A stretch of 64,000 nt of DNA from Malacoraja senta (lineage: Eukaryota): contig CM075989.1 of NCBI GenBank assembly GCA_038087875.1, forward strand, positions 24,182,001 through 24,246,000. The letters are read 5' to 3'. This document shows positions 1 through 12,764 of this stretch, piece by piece. A program made the position numbers and the translations under genes. The stretch's first letter is position 1. Each line of letters opens with the position of its first letter. The notes below the pieces were generated by a model that saw only the letters and a list, made by a program, of their open reading frames with translations, did not search any database and was not told where the DNA came from.

Positions 1-1976
1 ACTACCAAAAGAGTGAGCTATTAACGATTAACTTACCGGCTAAGCAGCTCCCTCGCTCTTTAACCTCATTCAAAAGGGCAGAGGATGGGTTTCGCTATCT
101 CGGCGTTTTTATCACAATACCCTTATCTGATATGTTCCGCACAAACTTTTTGCCTCTGGTTGAGAAAGCCGAAAAAGATTTTGACCGCTGGTCAGTTTTA
201 CCGCTATCCCTCGTGGGCCGGATAAATCTGGTTAAGATGGTTGTCCTACCCAAATTCCTGTATCTTTTCCAGCATGTCCCCATACTTATCACTAAATCTT
301 TTTTTGATAAATTAGATAGGACAATATCTAAATTTTTATGGGGTAGCAAACCGGTCAGAATCCGAAAGGCGATACTGCAGTCGCCTAAGAGTGATGGCGG
401 TTTGGCCCTCTCTGATTTTAGGCGATACTACTGGGCAGCTAACTTGCAAAAACTCCTGTATTGGATGAATGATGATTGCAAGCACCCACCGATCTGGGTA
501 CATATGGAAAAGGCGAGTTCACGTCTCCCGTTGCGGTCTGTCCTATGCTCCCAACTCCCCCTTTCTATAACATCTGTGGGTGCAGGCCCAATTGTGTCCC
601 TTTCGCTCAAGATATGGAGTCAATTTAGGAAAAACCTCGGTTTACAGGGTTCTTCCATCTTGACCCCACTGCTTAAATGTCACATCTTTAAACCTTCAAG
701 TATAGACCACGCATTTAAAACCTGGCATAGCAATGGCATCAGTAGTATCAAAAACCTATATAAGGATGGCATCTTCTCATCTTTCGTGGAGCTCTCGTCT
801 AACTACAACCTCCCAAACTCCCACCTTTTTCGTTTTTTCCAGATTAGGGATTTTGTGAAGAAGACATTTCCCTACTTCCCAAATCGCCCTCCTGAAACCC
901 TGACTGATATCATCTTAGCTTTAGACCCCAACCGGAAGAAATGCATCTCTATTTTGTATAATTTGCTAGGGTCGGTTTTATTGAAACCTCATACCTCATT
1001 AAAAGCTGCGTGGGAGGGAGAGCTGAATACGAAATTAACAGACCAGCAATGGGACTCTGCCTTGGATTTGATCCACTCTTCTTCCATATGTGCTCGTCAT
1101 GGCCTAATCCAATGCAAAGTCCTTTACAAAGTCCACTACACAAATGCAAGATTAGCTAGAATGTACCCAGCTGTCAATGGCACCTGCAACAGATGTAGTC
1201 AATCTCCTGCCAACCATAGCCACATGTTTTGGTCTTGCCCTAAGCTAACAGCCTTTTGGAGGAGTGTTTTCGAATTGATAAGCAGAGCTTACGACCAGAC
1301 TATTCTCCCAAATCCAATGTCAGCTATTTTCGGTACCCCTCCCAGTACCAACCTCTCTGTTGCGGTGAAACGGGTCCTAGCTTTTACAACCTTGTTAGCC
1401 CGGAGACTGATCTTGCTTAGTTGGAGGCTTACCTGTCCCCCGACACACGGCCGTTGGATTAAGGAGGTGCTTTACAATCTGAAACTTGAAAAACTCAGGT
1501 TCTCTCTCAAAGGTTCTACCAAGACATTCCTAGATACATGGAACCCTTTCTTTGAACTGGTTAACTCTCTTAACTTGTCCCCGGACTCGGAAGAGGACTG
1601 AGTGTTCTCCATCATCGTTTTGTTCTACAGCAGCTGCTTTCCCCTTAATCCCCCCCTCCCCACAATTATTTATTTAAATATATATATATATATTTAATTT
1701 TTATTTATTTATTTATTTTTTCCTCTTTATTTTTATATAGCACATTTTGTTTCGTTTATTCTACCATTTGTGTGTGGATGTGTACGTATGTGAGTGTTGT
1801 TTGTCCCCGTTTGGCTCCGACCTGACTTGGGTGGGTTGAAGGTGGGTAAGGGTAAGGGTTTTGAGGATCGCTTACATACTGTTGTACAATTATGCCTTGA
1901 CTGTTACTGTCTGTTATTATTGTATGTATGTAAATTGCTGTGAAATTCAAATAAAAAGATTTAAATCATAAAAAAA
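1..1976 (+). mobile_element. L1/Tx1-clade LINE, 3' part (ORF2 C-terminus, 3' UTR, A-tail); extends off the left edge
   Basis: Frame open from 3 to 1601, RT-end motifs KSE and FRYLGV, GRINLVKMVVLPKFLYLFQ, GGLAL, and C-terminal CCHC (CNRC..HMFWSC). AATAAA at about 1950 and A-tail at 1970-1976. Confidence 0.93.
3..1601 (+). CDS. L1-type ORF2 C-terminal portion (end of RT to zinc knuckle), uninterrupted
   Basis: The 132..1601 ORF continues without a stop to the window start (YQKSELLTIN...FRYLGVFIT). Confidence 0.85.
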   Translation, partial: YQKSELLTINLPAKQLPRSLTSFKRAEDGFRYLGVFITIPLSDMFRTNFLPLVEKAEKDFDRWSVLPLSLVGRINLVKMVVLPKFLYLFQHVPILITKSFFDKLDRTISKFLWGSKPVRIRKAILQSPKSDGGLALSDFRRYYWAANLQKLLYWMNDDCKHPPIWVHMEKASSRLPLRSVLCSQLPLSITSVGAGPIVSLSLKIWSQFRKNLGLQGSSILTPLLKCHIFKPSSIDHAFKTWHSNGISSIKNLYKDGIFSSFVELSSNYNLPNSHLFRFFQIRDFVKKTFPYFPNRPPETLTDIILALDPNRKKCISILYNLLGSVLLKPHTSLKAAWEGELNTKLTDQQWDSALDLIHSSSICARHGLIQCKVLYKVHYTNARLARMYPAVNGTCNRCSQSPANHSHMFWSCPKLTAFWRSVFELISRAYDQTILPNPMSAIFGTPPSTNLSVAVKRVLAFTTLLARRLILLSWRLTCPPTHGRWIKEVLYNLKLEKLRFSLKGSTKTFLDTWNPFFELVNSLNLSPDSEED

Positions 1977-2885
1977 GTTATGGCCATTTTCATACTCGGA
2001 AATTAGCATTTTGTTCCCTATTGTTTTTCCATTGACTGTGATCGAGGACAGTCAAAAACCCATAACTTTCTTAAAAATTAAGAGAACTGAAAGAAATTTT
2101 CAGTTATTATAGATTGAAGCATTCTGAAACAAATATGAAACAATCTTACTTAGATGACATGAAATTAAAGCATATAATTAGTTAGTTACCTAATTGTAGC
2201 TAATTACAAAATTCAATTACTAGATCTAAACATCTATCAATTTCTTAAGAATAGATTAACATTTTTAAATAGCCTAAGTGTCCAAATAACATTCACACAA
2301 GAATTCACAATATAACATAATTTTTTAATCTCATGGTCATGGATTTACACGCCAAATGGAAGGAATTGAATGTTTAATACCTGTAAATTAATGGCCATTT
2401 AAATCATCTTGCGAGTGGGGTTTTCTGGAACGCGATCATTTGGAACGTTGATTTGCGGTGAATTTAACCCCGTATTGGCATGAAAAATTCTGCCGTTAGT
2501 TCGGGGAAAAGAATCACCGTTTCGCATTAAAAAATATTAATTAAAGGCTTCTTAAGAAGCACTTTTATACAAAAAATGAACTACTTTCGTTTACCTGTCC
2601 CGTGTGTGAAATCCGTCCCCGTTGTCGGCGTTGACGGCTTTCGAAGCTGATCTTAAAATAACTCCAGCGCTGACATTGTCGATCGAATAAAAATAAAAAA
2701 TACACAAAACGCCCGTAGGAACGATTTTTCAGCAAACACTTGTACTCCAACGAAATATAATACAGGACAAGGTAGGAGAAACCCGCGTTTTAACCCCGCC
2801 CCCCCCCCCTTAAAGGCGCCAAAATCGCGCACATGGCCAGTGGCAGAATTGCAGTGCCGCTGAAGGTAAGTATTGTAACATACCT
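1977..2885. mobile_element. Putative non-autonomous DNA transposon arm, interrupted on the left by the L1
   Basis: AT-rich then CpG-rich block ending sharply in GAAGGTAAGTATTGTAACATACCT, directly against CR1 sequence. The partner end is not in the window. Confidence 0.45.
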
Positions 2886-2886
2886 A

Positions 2887-3115
2887 ATAAGAGGGGATCT
2901 TATAGAAACATATAAAATTATTAAGGGAAGGACACGCTAGATGCAGGTAACATGTTCCCGATGTTAGGGGAGTCCAGAACCCGGGCCCACAGTTTAAGAA
3001 TAAGGGGTAGGCAATTTAGAACTGAGTTGAGGAAAAACTTTTTCACACAGAGTTGTGAATTTGTGGAATTCTCGGCCTCAGAAGGCAGTGGAGGCCAATT
3101 CACTGGATGCATTCA
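2887..3115 (+). mobile_element. CR1-clade LINE 3' fragment
   Basis: RGDLIETYKI..MFPMLGESRTRAHSLRIRGRQFRTELRKNFFTQ. Confidence 0.88.
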
Positions 3116-3116
3116 A

Positions 3117-3395
3117 AAGCTTGTTCCATACACCCACCATCCTTTGAGTGAAAACGTTACCCCTCAGATTCCTATTAAATCTTTTTTCCCTGCACCTTAA
3201 ACCTATGTGCTCTGGGTTCACCTACTCTGGGCAAGAGACTGTGTGCATCTACCCGATCTATTCCTGTCATGATTTTGTACACCTCTATAAGATCTCCCCT
3301 TATGCTCCTGCACTCCAAGGAATAGAGACCCAGCCTTCTCAACCTCTCCCTGTAACTCACACCTCTAGTCCTGGCAACATCCTTGTGATCATTTT
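3117..3395 (-). mobile_element. CR1-clade LINE fragment in opposite orientation to the previous one
   Basis: MSYRERLRRLGLYSLECRSIRGDLIEVYKIMTGIDRVDA. Confidence 0.88.
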
Positions 3396-3834
3396 TTGAA
3401 ACTTCTTTATATTATTTTTTTAACTACATTATATTGAACTACTGCAATCTTGACATTGATCAAAAAAGTTAAATATGTGGTGACTTTGATTGGATACTTT
3501 TATTACTTTGCCTTAAAAATGTGGAAGTAAATCTGTGATGAAAGCTGTGCAACGTTTCTTTTTACATAAGTGCTTGGAATTCAGATCGGATGTAAATTCA
3601 TATCGTTAAGCACTATTAATTCCTACATGATAAATCACCATGTCATTTTGGCTTTGGTTCAGAAAGTCTTGGCGTAGTGGAAGGTAATTTAATTTTCTAA
3701 ATAATTTATTCTTCTGCACAGGTGATCAATTTAGGATAGGTTTTGCAGTGACCACTTTACTGGAAGGTGGATTGAGATCACTGTGCACACACTTATAAGG
3801 AACTGATCCTAGTTGATCGTGGACTGGCATGATG

Positions 3835-4006
3835 TATGTAAGAAGGAACTGCAGATGCTGGTTTACACTGAAGATAGACACAAAATGCTGGAGTAACTCA
3901 GCGGGACAGGCAGCATCTCTGGAGAACATGGACTGGTGACGTCACCCAATCCTTCTCTACAGAGATGCTGCCTGTCCCACTGAGTTACTCCAGCATTTTG
4001 TGTCTA
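3835..4006. mobile_element. PLE-derived short foldback unit
   Basis: gaaggaactgcagatgctgg arm followed by an inverted arm; flanking repeat tggactggc at 3820-3828 and 4007-4015. Confidence 0.7.
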
Positions 4007-4364
4007 TGGACTGGCGTGGGTCAGTTTGGAAAGTTCACGAGAAGCAAAACCAAGAAAAAGTTGCATTGGTAGCATGCTAGGCACATCCTCTAAACATTCC
4101 AGGGAGACTTACAGGCAATAGAGTACTTTCAAAGCCTTGCAACATGAGCAAATGCCAGAGAGACTTCATGCACAGCACAATGACCAGGAATGTGATTAAT
4201 GATCAGATAATCTGTCAGCTGATGTAGATGGAGACCAGGGTCCACGCGAGGAGTGAGAGCGGAGAAGCAAGTGATGTGAATATGGTGGGGCAAAGGGTTC
4301 TAGGGACCATAGTCATTGCAAACTAAAAATATTATGTAGTAGACCAAATAAGTTAGGAAGTTTG

Positions 4365-4594
4365 GCAAAAATGCTGGAGAAACTCAGCAGGTGAGGCAGC
4401 ATCTATGGAGCGAAGGAAATAGGCAATGTTTCGGGTCGAAACCCTTCTTCAAGAAGGTCTGAAGGTCTGAAGAAGGGTTTTGGCCCGAAACGTTGCCTAT
4501 TTCCTTCGCTCCATAGATGCTGTCTCACCTGCTGAGTTTCTCCAGCATTTTTGTCTACCTTTGATTTTCCAGCATCTGCAGTTCCTTCTTAAAC
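4365..4594. mobile_element. PLE-derived foldback unit (subtype B) with hammerhead-like core and 15-bp TSD
   Basis: TSD aagttaggaagtttg at 4350-4364 and 4595-4609; inverted arms; CTGAAGA..GAAACGTT at 4467-4494. Confidence 0.8.
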
Positions 4595-4924
4595 AAGTTA
4601 GGAAGTTTGTTGAAATGTTGGTGTTCATTGCCAGGAGTATGGAACATGACAGTCAGGAAGCCTTGGTCAGACTCCACCTGGAACTTTGCATGTATTTCTA
4701 GTCTCTGGATGGTAGGGAAGTTGTGAATGCATTGGAAGCAGTGCACTAGATGGATGCCTGTGATCAAGGAGATGAAGCTGAAGATGTGTTCAGCCCATGG
4801 GAACATGGAAGGATGAGAGGTGATCTCTTTAAAACATATACAGTACATTCTGAAGAGGAACTGACAGGGTGGATGCCTAGTGTGGTTTCCCCTAGGAGGG
4901 TTATCGAGGACTCATGGTAATTTC

Positions 4925-5100
4925 ATAAGTTCATAAGTGATAGGAGCATAATTAGGCCATTCGGCCCATCAAGTCTACTCCACCATTCAATCATGGCTGA
5001 TCTATCTCTCCATCTTAACCCCATTCTCCTGCCTTCTCCTCCAAACCTCTGACACCCGTACTAATCAAGAATCTATTTATCTCTGCCTTAAAAAGACCCA
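4925..5100 (-). mobile_element. CR1 3' tail
   Basis: ggccattcggcccatc...tcatggctgatct; reverse frame FKAEINRFLISTGVRG..EKAGEWG. Confidence 0.8.
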
Positions 5101-6335
5101 TTTCTGCCGTAAACAGAAATTCTTCATCACCATAGGTTGCAAGCTTGGTCTTCATCCGTGTTGCAGCTTCAATGGGGCCGATCTCAGCGAAGGCAAATAT
5201 TAAATTAGGCTGTAGTAGACTGGGACCCAAATCCACAGATTTCTGATGCTGTGGCAAAGATGCTTCAAGTGAGGCACGACGAAAATGCTTCCAAAATAGT
5301 TCATTTAGCGACCGCATTCATACATCATGGGCAGTAGAGCTGGAAAAGGGTAGTGTAATGTTTCTGTCAATCGGTATAATACGGAACACGTAACACTGAA
5401 TGACTTGTACGAGCAGAGTTTCAGTGGCATGTGCCCAATGAAAACAGCAAGCTTCCTTCTGAATGACAGACTGGCGTTGTGAAAGTGTTGATTTAGATTG
5501 TGTCATTCAACAGTGTAATTAAAGAGTAGACAAAAACCTCTGATGCATGGAATAAAGATGGACTTCAGTCGATGGGCCAGACTGCATCACACAAGGGAAG
5601 CAGCTCCTTGGGAAATTGCTGCTGCTAACTGCTGGCAGTGTGGGGGAAACACAGATCTCCCTGGACTTGCTGCTTTTCTAACTACTTCTGCTGCTGAACT
5701 ATAACCCTCTACCCCCTCCCCCCCCCCACCCTGCCACCGACCGGCCTATCAAAAAGCACAAGGACAAATACAATCCACCCGTCTTTCCTCATTTGCTTGA
5801 AAGCAACAAATTATTCTGCATACAAATAATGTTTGGTGTATACAATGACATTTATAATGGGATAATGAATCAAATCTGGAATAAAGTCAGAATAATTGGG
5901 ATAAAACTCTGTTTCAGATTGTTGAACCTGACTGGTGTTCTGAATTACACCTTTAGCTTTTCCATTCACGTTTCTGTTTGTGTTTACCGAGTAGTTGAAT
6001 GAGCAGAGTTCCTCCTTCACCCCCCCCCCCCCACCCACCTCCAAGCTTACCGCATGAGTTCACTATAGATTTGAAAGTGCATGTGAGTAACTTTGTTGAC
6101 AGCTGTCCCTGGAAGAGAAGGCAAATGCCTTTATCAATGGCGAAGCAAAGAACTCATGAAATTCAAGACAATGAGTATGGATAATAAAATAACTTAAACT
6201 GCAATAGAAATCATTGGCAAAGATTAGCAGCAAGTTTCAGTTTGAAAACAATACTGGGTAAATCAGTCAGAGTTGCTACACGTTTATGTCAGATGACAAT
6301 ATATTTAACTCATTAGAGTATAATAACTTAAATTT

Positions 6336-6615
6336 TGTCACAAAGTACTTGAGTAACTCAGCGGGTCAGGCAGCATCTGTGGAGAACATGGATATGTGAC
6401 GTTTCACAGAGTGCTGGAGTAACTCAGCGGGTCAGGCAGCATCTGTGGAGAACATGGATAGGTGACGTTTTGGGTCGGAACCCTTCGTCAGACTTGGATT
6501 CCATCCTGAAACGTCACCTATTCTTTTCTCTGGAGATGCTGCCTGACCCGTTGAGTTACTCCAGCATTCTGTGTCTATCTTCGGTATTAACCAGCATCTC
6601 GAAATTTCTTCCTAC
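6336..6615. mobile_element. PLE-derived foldback with two 66-bp units
   Basis: Two units plus an inverted arm; imperfect TSD ataactta(a/c)attt at 6323-6335 and 6616-6628. Confidence 0.75.
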
Positions 6616-7512
6616 ATAACTTACATTTCTTTAGCTTCTTAAACTGCAGAGAAATCTCCCTCGGTATTCTGCCAAGGAATAATTAAAAATAAACCAACTT
6701 GCAGCTGCAGTAGGTGCCCATTAGTGCTATTGGGCATCGCGGTGAAAGCAGAACACTTGCAGAAGACCATTTATGGAGAAAGCAAGCAGACAGTAGTTGC
6801 ATTTTGTACATGTACAACTTGTTGGCTATACTCGTGTGTACAATAAAGCTGTGGTGCCCAGTGCTTATAACCAAGGAATGCCTCACTAGAGAACTTTTAA
6901 GGGCTGCGTTTCACCCTGTTAATTTTAACAATAAAAGTCAATGTGTATAAACAGCAGCTAAACTGCATAGAAACTCATCAGAAGTGATCAGTACATGTTT
7001 AGTGTTGCTCTGAGGATTGATTCTGTGCTGTAATGGTTTTAAGAGGGCCAATATAATTTGGTCAGAGAGATCTCAAACCTTCTGAACTATCGCGCAATGT
7101 TGGAGATACCATAAAGGGATTTTTATTCACCTGGTGGTGATGTTCTTTCATTTTGCTTTCTTCATTCCTCTCCCAACATTTCCTACAACGGCTTCTAACC
7201 ACCCACCTACTCTTCATCTTCTGGCAATCTCATCCCACTGTATTTTATCGATCCTTACAATCAAATGTCTCCGATCTTACCTTCTTTTCTCTCTTGAAGC
7301 AACCATTCCCTTTCACCCATTATTATTGGTGATGCTTCATAAACCCTCACACACTCATTTATTTTCTAAATTGATCCTCCTAACTATTTCAATGCATGCC
7401 TGGTAATATTTCCTCAAAACCCTTTTTGCTTGGGAAATATTTTTGTCCATCTTCATCAACCTTTTCATTTATTTTTGTTGTAAAGTCGATCATGAAAATT
7501 TGATGAACGTAT

Positions 7513-7558
7513 TGAACGGGTCTGAAGAAGGGTCTCGACCCGAAACGTCACCCATTCA
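7513..7558 (+). ncRNA. Minimal type I hammerhead ribozyme motif (best-paired copy)
   Basis: Helix I tgaacgggt/acccattca (8 of 9 pairs), core CTGAAGA, extra A, stem II GGGT-CTCG-ACCC, GAAA, palindromic ACGT, GTC cleavage triplet ending at 7549. Confidence 0.7.
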
Positions 7559-9169
7559 TTCTCTCCAATGTCCCGCTGAGTTACTCCAGCACTTTGGTGT
7601 ATAACCAGCATCTGCAGTTCCTTCCTCCAATCAATCAATCAAAACTTTATTGTCATTCAGAAATACATCAGTAAATGCAATTCTAAACAAAATTTCGTTG
7701 CATCTGGCTCCCCGTGCAACACAAAAATAACAGGAGGATAAAATGAATAAAAATTACATTAAAATTACGTGCAGCGCATGGAATTATGCAACCATGAGCC
7801 TATATGCCAGTACTGACTTTAGGTTGGAAGAAAGGTCATTGATGAAGGAGCTGAAGATGCACATAGATTATGAATGTTTAAAAATTAGAACGTTATACTT
7901 TTTTACAAAAGGGAATATGGGAGTTTTTAAGCAGTTTGTATTGCTTCATGTAGTGCACTCAATAAAAACTCTCAAATCAGTACAATATCAGTACCCCAGG
8001 TAATATTGTTCCATCTTTACTTCCATTATCTTTTTCTTCTCTAAGTTCCTGGACGTTGGTTAAATGAAGGAGCTCCAGCAAAAGTGGTGAGAACCAACCA
8101 GATATCTACTGGCTCTCAAACGCCACGAAAAAGTCGTACACACTTAATGTGCCATGCTTTCCTTCCAGATTAATTTCCTCATTTCCAACTTGTTTTGGCC
8201 CATAGGCACACTCCATACGCATGATGAAAAGTACTCCAGAGATAATAATACATACCTAAAGCTAAAAAAAGACAGCTTCATCATTGCTGATGGATGTGAG
8301 GTTCCTGATTCGGCACAGTTTGCCGTGCCAAACTGCGAAGGGTTTCAACAAGCTTGCAGTGTAAGAGGCGATTGGAAGTAACTAGGGTGTTTGATGTTGT
8401 TCCAGTAGGTTTGTGATGAGAGTGGATAAGAGACTTTGATCTTCATGCCAAAATGTGGAATGACCAGATTAAGCACTTTTGGTGTTTCATACAAAAACTT
8501 TGTAGAACTAAATCGTAATTTATTCAGTTTATCTAAATGCACAATTTCGTGAGAGAATCCAAACTATTTTCAATTTTGAAAGGACATATTTTAGTTGTTT
8601 GATCGCTTGTACCATTTCCGACCAGGACTATCCCCCTGTATATGATTAATTTCTATTTACTCATCCAAAGAAGAAAGGAAATTAAGTTTGGTAATCGACA
8701 GTTCTCTCTATTGAATTCAAAAATGTATAAATAATGCATTCTTAGAAGGATAATTAGTGCATGTTTTCAAACTTAATTCACATTAATAATGTCACAACTA
8801 TGCATGTTTCTAATGGTGTCAAATCTGTGCATAATTCATGCTCTCAGAGAACTGTTAAAAGCAAAAGAACTCCGGATTTGAGAAAGGTGAAACAGAACCG
8901 GAGGCTGCTGGAAATGCTCAGGATGGCAGTTAGCGTCTGTGGAGCGAGCAAGGAATGAATGTTTCAGCTCGTTGATCTTTGGTAGATTATATCAGTAGGT
9001 TTTGTTTATTGAAAGTGTTACTTTTGGCCAGCCAAATCTAAGAGCTAGATCAAATATTAACTTGATCACAGCTGGCTGCTTGATAACAAATGCAATCTGT
9101 AGATTTCATTTCCTCCAATACACCTGACTTATTTTGGAACCTGTTTAGATCTTCCTTAGAGCTTGGGAC

Positions 9170-9459
9170 GGCACGGTGGCGCAGCGGTAGAGTTGCTGCC
9201 CGACAGCGCCAGAGACCCGGGTTCAATCCTGACTACGGGTGCTGACTGTGCGGAGTTTGCACGTTCTCCCTGTGACTGCGTGGGTTTTCTCCGGGTGCTC
9301 TGGTTTCCTCTCGTATTCCAAAGATGAGCAGGTTTGTGGGTTAATTGGCTTCTGTAAATTGCCCCTAGTGTGTTTTAGTGTGTGGGTGATGAGTGGTCAG
9401 CGTGGTCTCGGTAGGCCGAAGAACCTGTTCCCACACTGTATCTTTAAACTAAACTAAAC
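9170..9459 (+). mobile_element. tRNA-derived V-SINE (HE1-like)
   Basis: A box tggcgcagcgg, B box ggttcaatcc, V-domain tgcgtgggttttctccgggtgctctggtttcct, CR1-like 3' end and (AAACT)n tail. Confidence 0.85.
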
Positions 9460-9944
9460 TTAGAGCTTTAGAAATTGATTAGGTCAGCACCTTTGCTATC
9501 TTGCCCAATCTTCAACTGGCTTATTTTTGGTGCTGTAGTCAATAGATAAAGCAATTCAAACCGGAATTTCTGTTACATGTAGTCTTTCCTATGAACCAAA
9601 CTTCCTGATAACCTCTGGCCTGTCATTGAACTTCATGACCAGACTGGTTAATCTCTCTATAACGTGCCCTTTGTTTCCCCCCTTGGATATCTGTTTTCTA
9701 ATCCTGACCTCTAGTGTCAGTTCATTGTCAATGGGGATATTTGTTAACCTACATCACATTTTGGCAACTTTCATCCTTAACCCTTCAGGTCCCATGTTCA
9801 ACCTCTTGCTTTGAACTTTTGATCATTTCTACTAATATTTCAACGTTTACCTGGTAATACAATCTTGAATTTGTGCTTTTGTTAAGTAGATCAAAGAGTT
9901 GCTGAAATGTCTTCTTCATAAATGAGTCCTTCATTGTCAAAACG

Positions 9945-10083
9945 TCCCCTCCCCTCCCCCCCAATCTTTGCGCATCCCCAATCCTTTCCATTCATCACTT
10001 TAATTTCATGTACTTTGTGTTCTATGACTGTTGGCAGATCAATTTCCCTCCTTGGATTAATAAAGTTCTATCGTATCGTATCG
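9945..10083 (+). mobile_element. LINE 3' tail with (TATCG)n end
   Basis: aataaagttctatcgtatcgtatcg; a reverse copy lies at about 16467-16606. Confidence 0.6.
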
Positions 10084-10429
10084 TTTAAAACCCTTCAGTC
10101 AGATGTGGTAAATTTCTTTATTGAATGGAATTTATTGAAGGGCCGAATGACCTGCTCCTGCACCTATTGTCTATTGACTTTCAAGACCATGGTGTATACA
10201 ATAAACTAATGCAAATCTGACCCTGACTGCTGGTGCTGTGCATGAGACATGGTCACCACGTGGACTACCTCCAGATGCTCCGATTCCCTCCCGCATTGCA
10301 AAGATATGCAAGTTGGTTTGTTAATTGGCTGCTACAAATTGTCCTTCGTGGGTAGAATTGGTGGAATTTGGTGGGTGAGAGGAGATTGGTGGGACTGGGA
10401 GAGAAAATGATGTGATTATTGTGGAGGAG

Positions 10430-10850
10430 ACCCTGCTTCGCAGAATGGAGGACTTCCGTTATTGGGAGAGGTTAGATAGGCTGGGTTTGTTCTCCTTTAG
10501 GGGTGACCTGACGGAAGTATAGAAGGTTTATGGTAGGACAGATAGTCGAAATTCTTTCCCCACTGTGTGGGTTTCAAAATCAAAAGCATATCGGTTTAAT
10601 TAAGAGGAATGAGCTTTCAAGGGGATCTGAGCGGTAATTATTTTACTCGTTGTGGTTGATATAAAGAAGTTGCCGCCAGGGAATGGGTTGGAGTCTGATA
10701 TACTGACGACATTTAAGAGGCATTTAACCAGACTCTTGAGCAGTCAAGCCACAGCAGGATACATTTCTAATGTGGACAAATGGGTTTAGTTTAGATAGCT
10801 ATAGCCAGTACATATTGTATTAGCATGTCCGTGGTGGGCCAAAGAGCTGT
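10430..10850 (+). mobile_element. Old, diverged CR1 3' fragment
   Basis: gagaggttagataggctgggtttgttctcc..ggggtgacctga..catttaagaggcattta. Confidence 0.7.
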
Positions 10851-11572
10851 CCAACTGAAATAGTTGCCTGATGATCATATGGACTTGATAGTCGTGGTTG
10901 CGCCACTAGTAACCATTGAATGAAGCAGTGGAAATGGGGTTAATGCAGGAAAACATCAGTCGTGGACCTACTCAATGTTGATGCAAGCACAAGAGGCTGA
11001 GTGGCCGACCTTCTCTTGTTTGTTTGTCTCTATGTTAGTATTGACCAGAGGTTTGAGTGCATGGGGGTGCAGTCATCACCTCGCCGATGCAGTGAAGGTG
11101 GCTGACGTATGTGCATCAAATTGCTTTAGGATTTGAAAAGATGTTCGTGATCAATGGTTTGTTTATTGTCACATGTACCAGGTACAGTGAAATACATGTT
11201 TTGCACACAGATCCGCCAGACTATCCCCGTACATAAACACAATTGCACCAGTTAGTGTAGTATGCACGGAACAACCCAGCAAGTCCCCAGGCAAGAGTCC
11301 ACAGGCAAGAGTCCACTTGCAACCCACTGAGTCCATATGCAAGATTCACCATTTGGTGATTGTCGAGGTGATAACATCCATGGCTGTGAGGACTGGCACA
11401 CAACTCGAGTTGGGTCTTAGAGCGGTTGGGTGATGATACACGCTGCAAGCCCAGTGAAAGGTGGAGAAGGGCCTTAAACTGCAGGACATGGTTCCATCAA
11501 GACATAAACTCACATTTCCAAGCCAGTTTTGATCGTTAAACTGCTTCATACACTACTCCTGTCTTGAGATAC

Positions 11573-11792
11573 ACAGAGTGCTGGAGTAACTCAGCGGGTC
11601 AGGCAGCATCTGTGGAGAACATGGATAGGTGACATTTCACAGAGTGCTGGAGTAACTCAGCGGGTCAGGCAGCATCTGTGGAGAACATGGATAGGTGACG
11701 TTTCACAGAGTGCTGGAGTAACTCAGTGGGTCAGGCAGCATCTGTGGAGAACATGGATAGGTGACGTTCCGGGTCGAGACCCTGAGTCAGAC
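11573..11792 (-). repeat. Three 66-bp PLE-derived tandem units plus a degenerate hammerhead core
   Basis: Period 66 (agagtg at 11575, 11641, 11707). Confidence 0.85.
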
Positions 11793-12506
11793 TTGCCTGG
11801 CATGTTTACAACTGCCTCCATTTACACTCTCTTGACAAGAGCAACATGTTTTTTTCTCTCCCAAAACCTGTCGCCCCGGCCCTTCACTGTACCTCATTGT
11901 TATTGCTGATAGGAGCGAGATTTCCCCCGTACAATACCACGTTTTGCACAGAAGCTGCGTCCACATTAAGATTCATTCACAGTAACCCTGTGTAAGTAGC
12001 AAGAGATCAGAGCCTGCGGTTTACTTGATGTGTTCCATTCAAGGTGGAGCTTTGCCCAGTGAACCAGAGGCACAGTCTTTACACGAGTATCAATTAGAAC
12101 TGCCTGTTAAATGGTTTCATAGACCAAGAGCATTTGTGCTGTATATTTAACGTTATAACAAGCTCCTCTTTGTAACATCATGTTCTCCACCACACTTAAT
12201 CTACTTATTCAACTAGATGAGTTTAAAAGATGTTTGTTTTCATGAGATCAATGGCTTATTGGAGCCAAGACGCACATTCTTAATTATCCTAGAATGTATT
12301 AAGCACCTATGTCATGGTTATAAATCTATGAGGCAAAGAGAAAGGCATTTGATTTATTTGAATAATCCTGCTTGTAAATTCTCATATTGGAAGCATGATG
12401 TTCATGATTCATGGATGGGACCACAATTATTAAATTGGTTTGTGCCAATGTTATCCTTGATTTAGCTATAATATTTTATTGCCTGGAGAGCTGTGAAGCA
12501 GATTAT

Positions 12507-12604
12507 GAGTCTGAAGAAGGGTGTTGACCCAAAACGTCACCTATTCCTTTCTCTCCAGAGATGCCGCCTGACCCGCTGAGTTACTCCAGCATTTTGTGTC
12601 TATC
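12507..12604 (+). mobile_element. PLE-derived unit with mutated hammerhead (GAAA to AAAA)
   Basis: ctgaagaagggtgttgacccaaaacgtcacc. Confidence 0.7.
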
Positions 12605-12764
12605 AGCGCTTTGCTGTTGTATGGTTAAAATCTTGGCGCCCCCTCTAAAGAAGCTATCTTTAATCTGACTTTATCGTGCACTAAATGTTGTACCCTTTAT
12701 CCTGTGTCTGTGCGCCGCGGGCAGCTTGATTGTAATCATGTATAGTGTTTTCGCTGACTGGGTA

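Noticed and set aside
5015..5506. Two abutting minus-strand ORFs
   Set aside because: No recognisable family; the C-terminal part is a CR1 tail.
8046..8086. Possible exon (ctaag|TTCCTGG..AAAGTG|gtgaga; PGRWLNEGAPAKV)
   Set aside because: Splice signals are plausible but I see no similarity to ADAMTSL1/3 N-termini; needs RNA evidence.
9170..9245. tRNA gene (A/B boxes)
   Set aside because: It is the head of a multi-copy V-SINE and continues into the V-domain and LINE-like tail.
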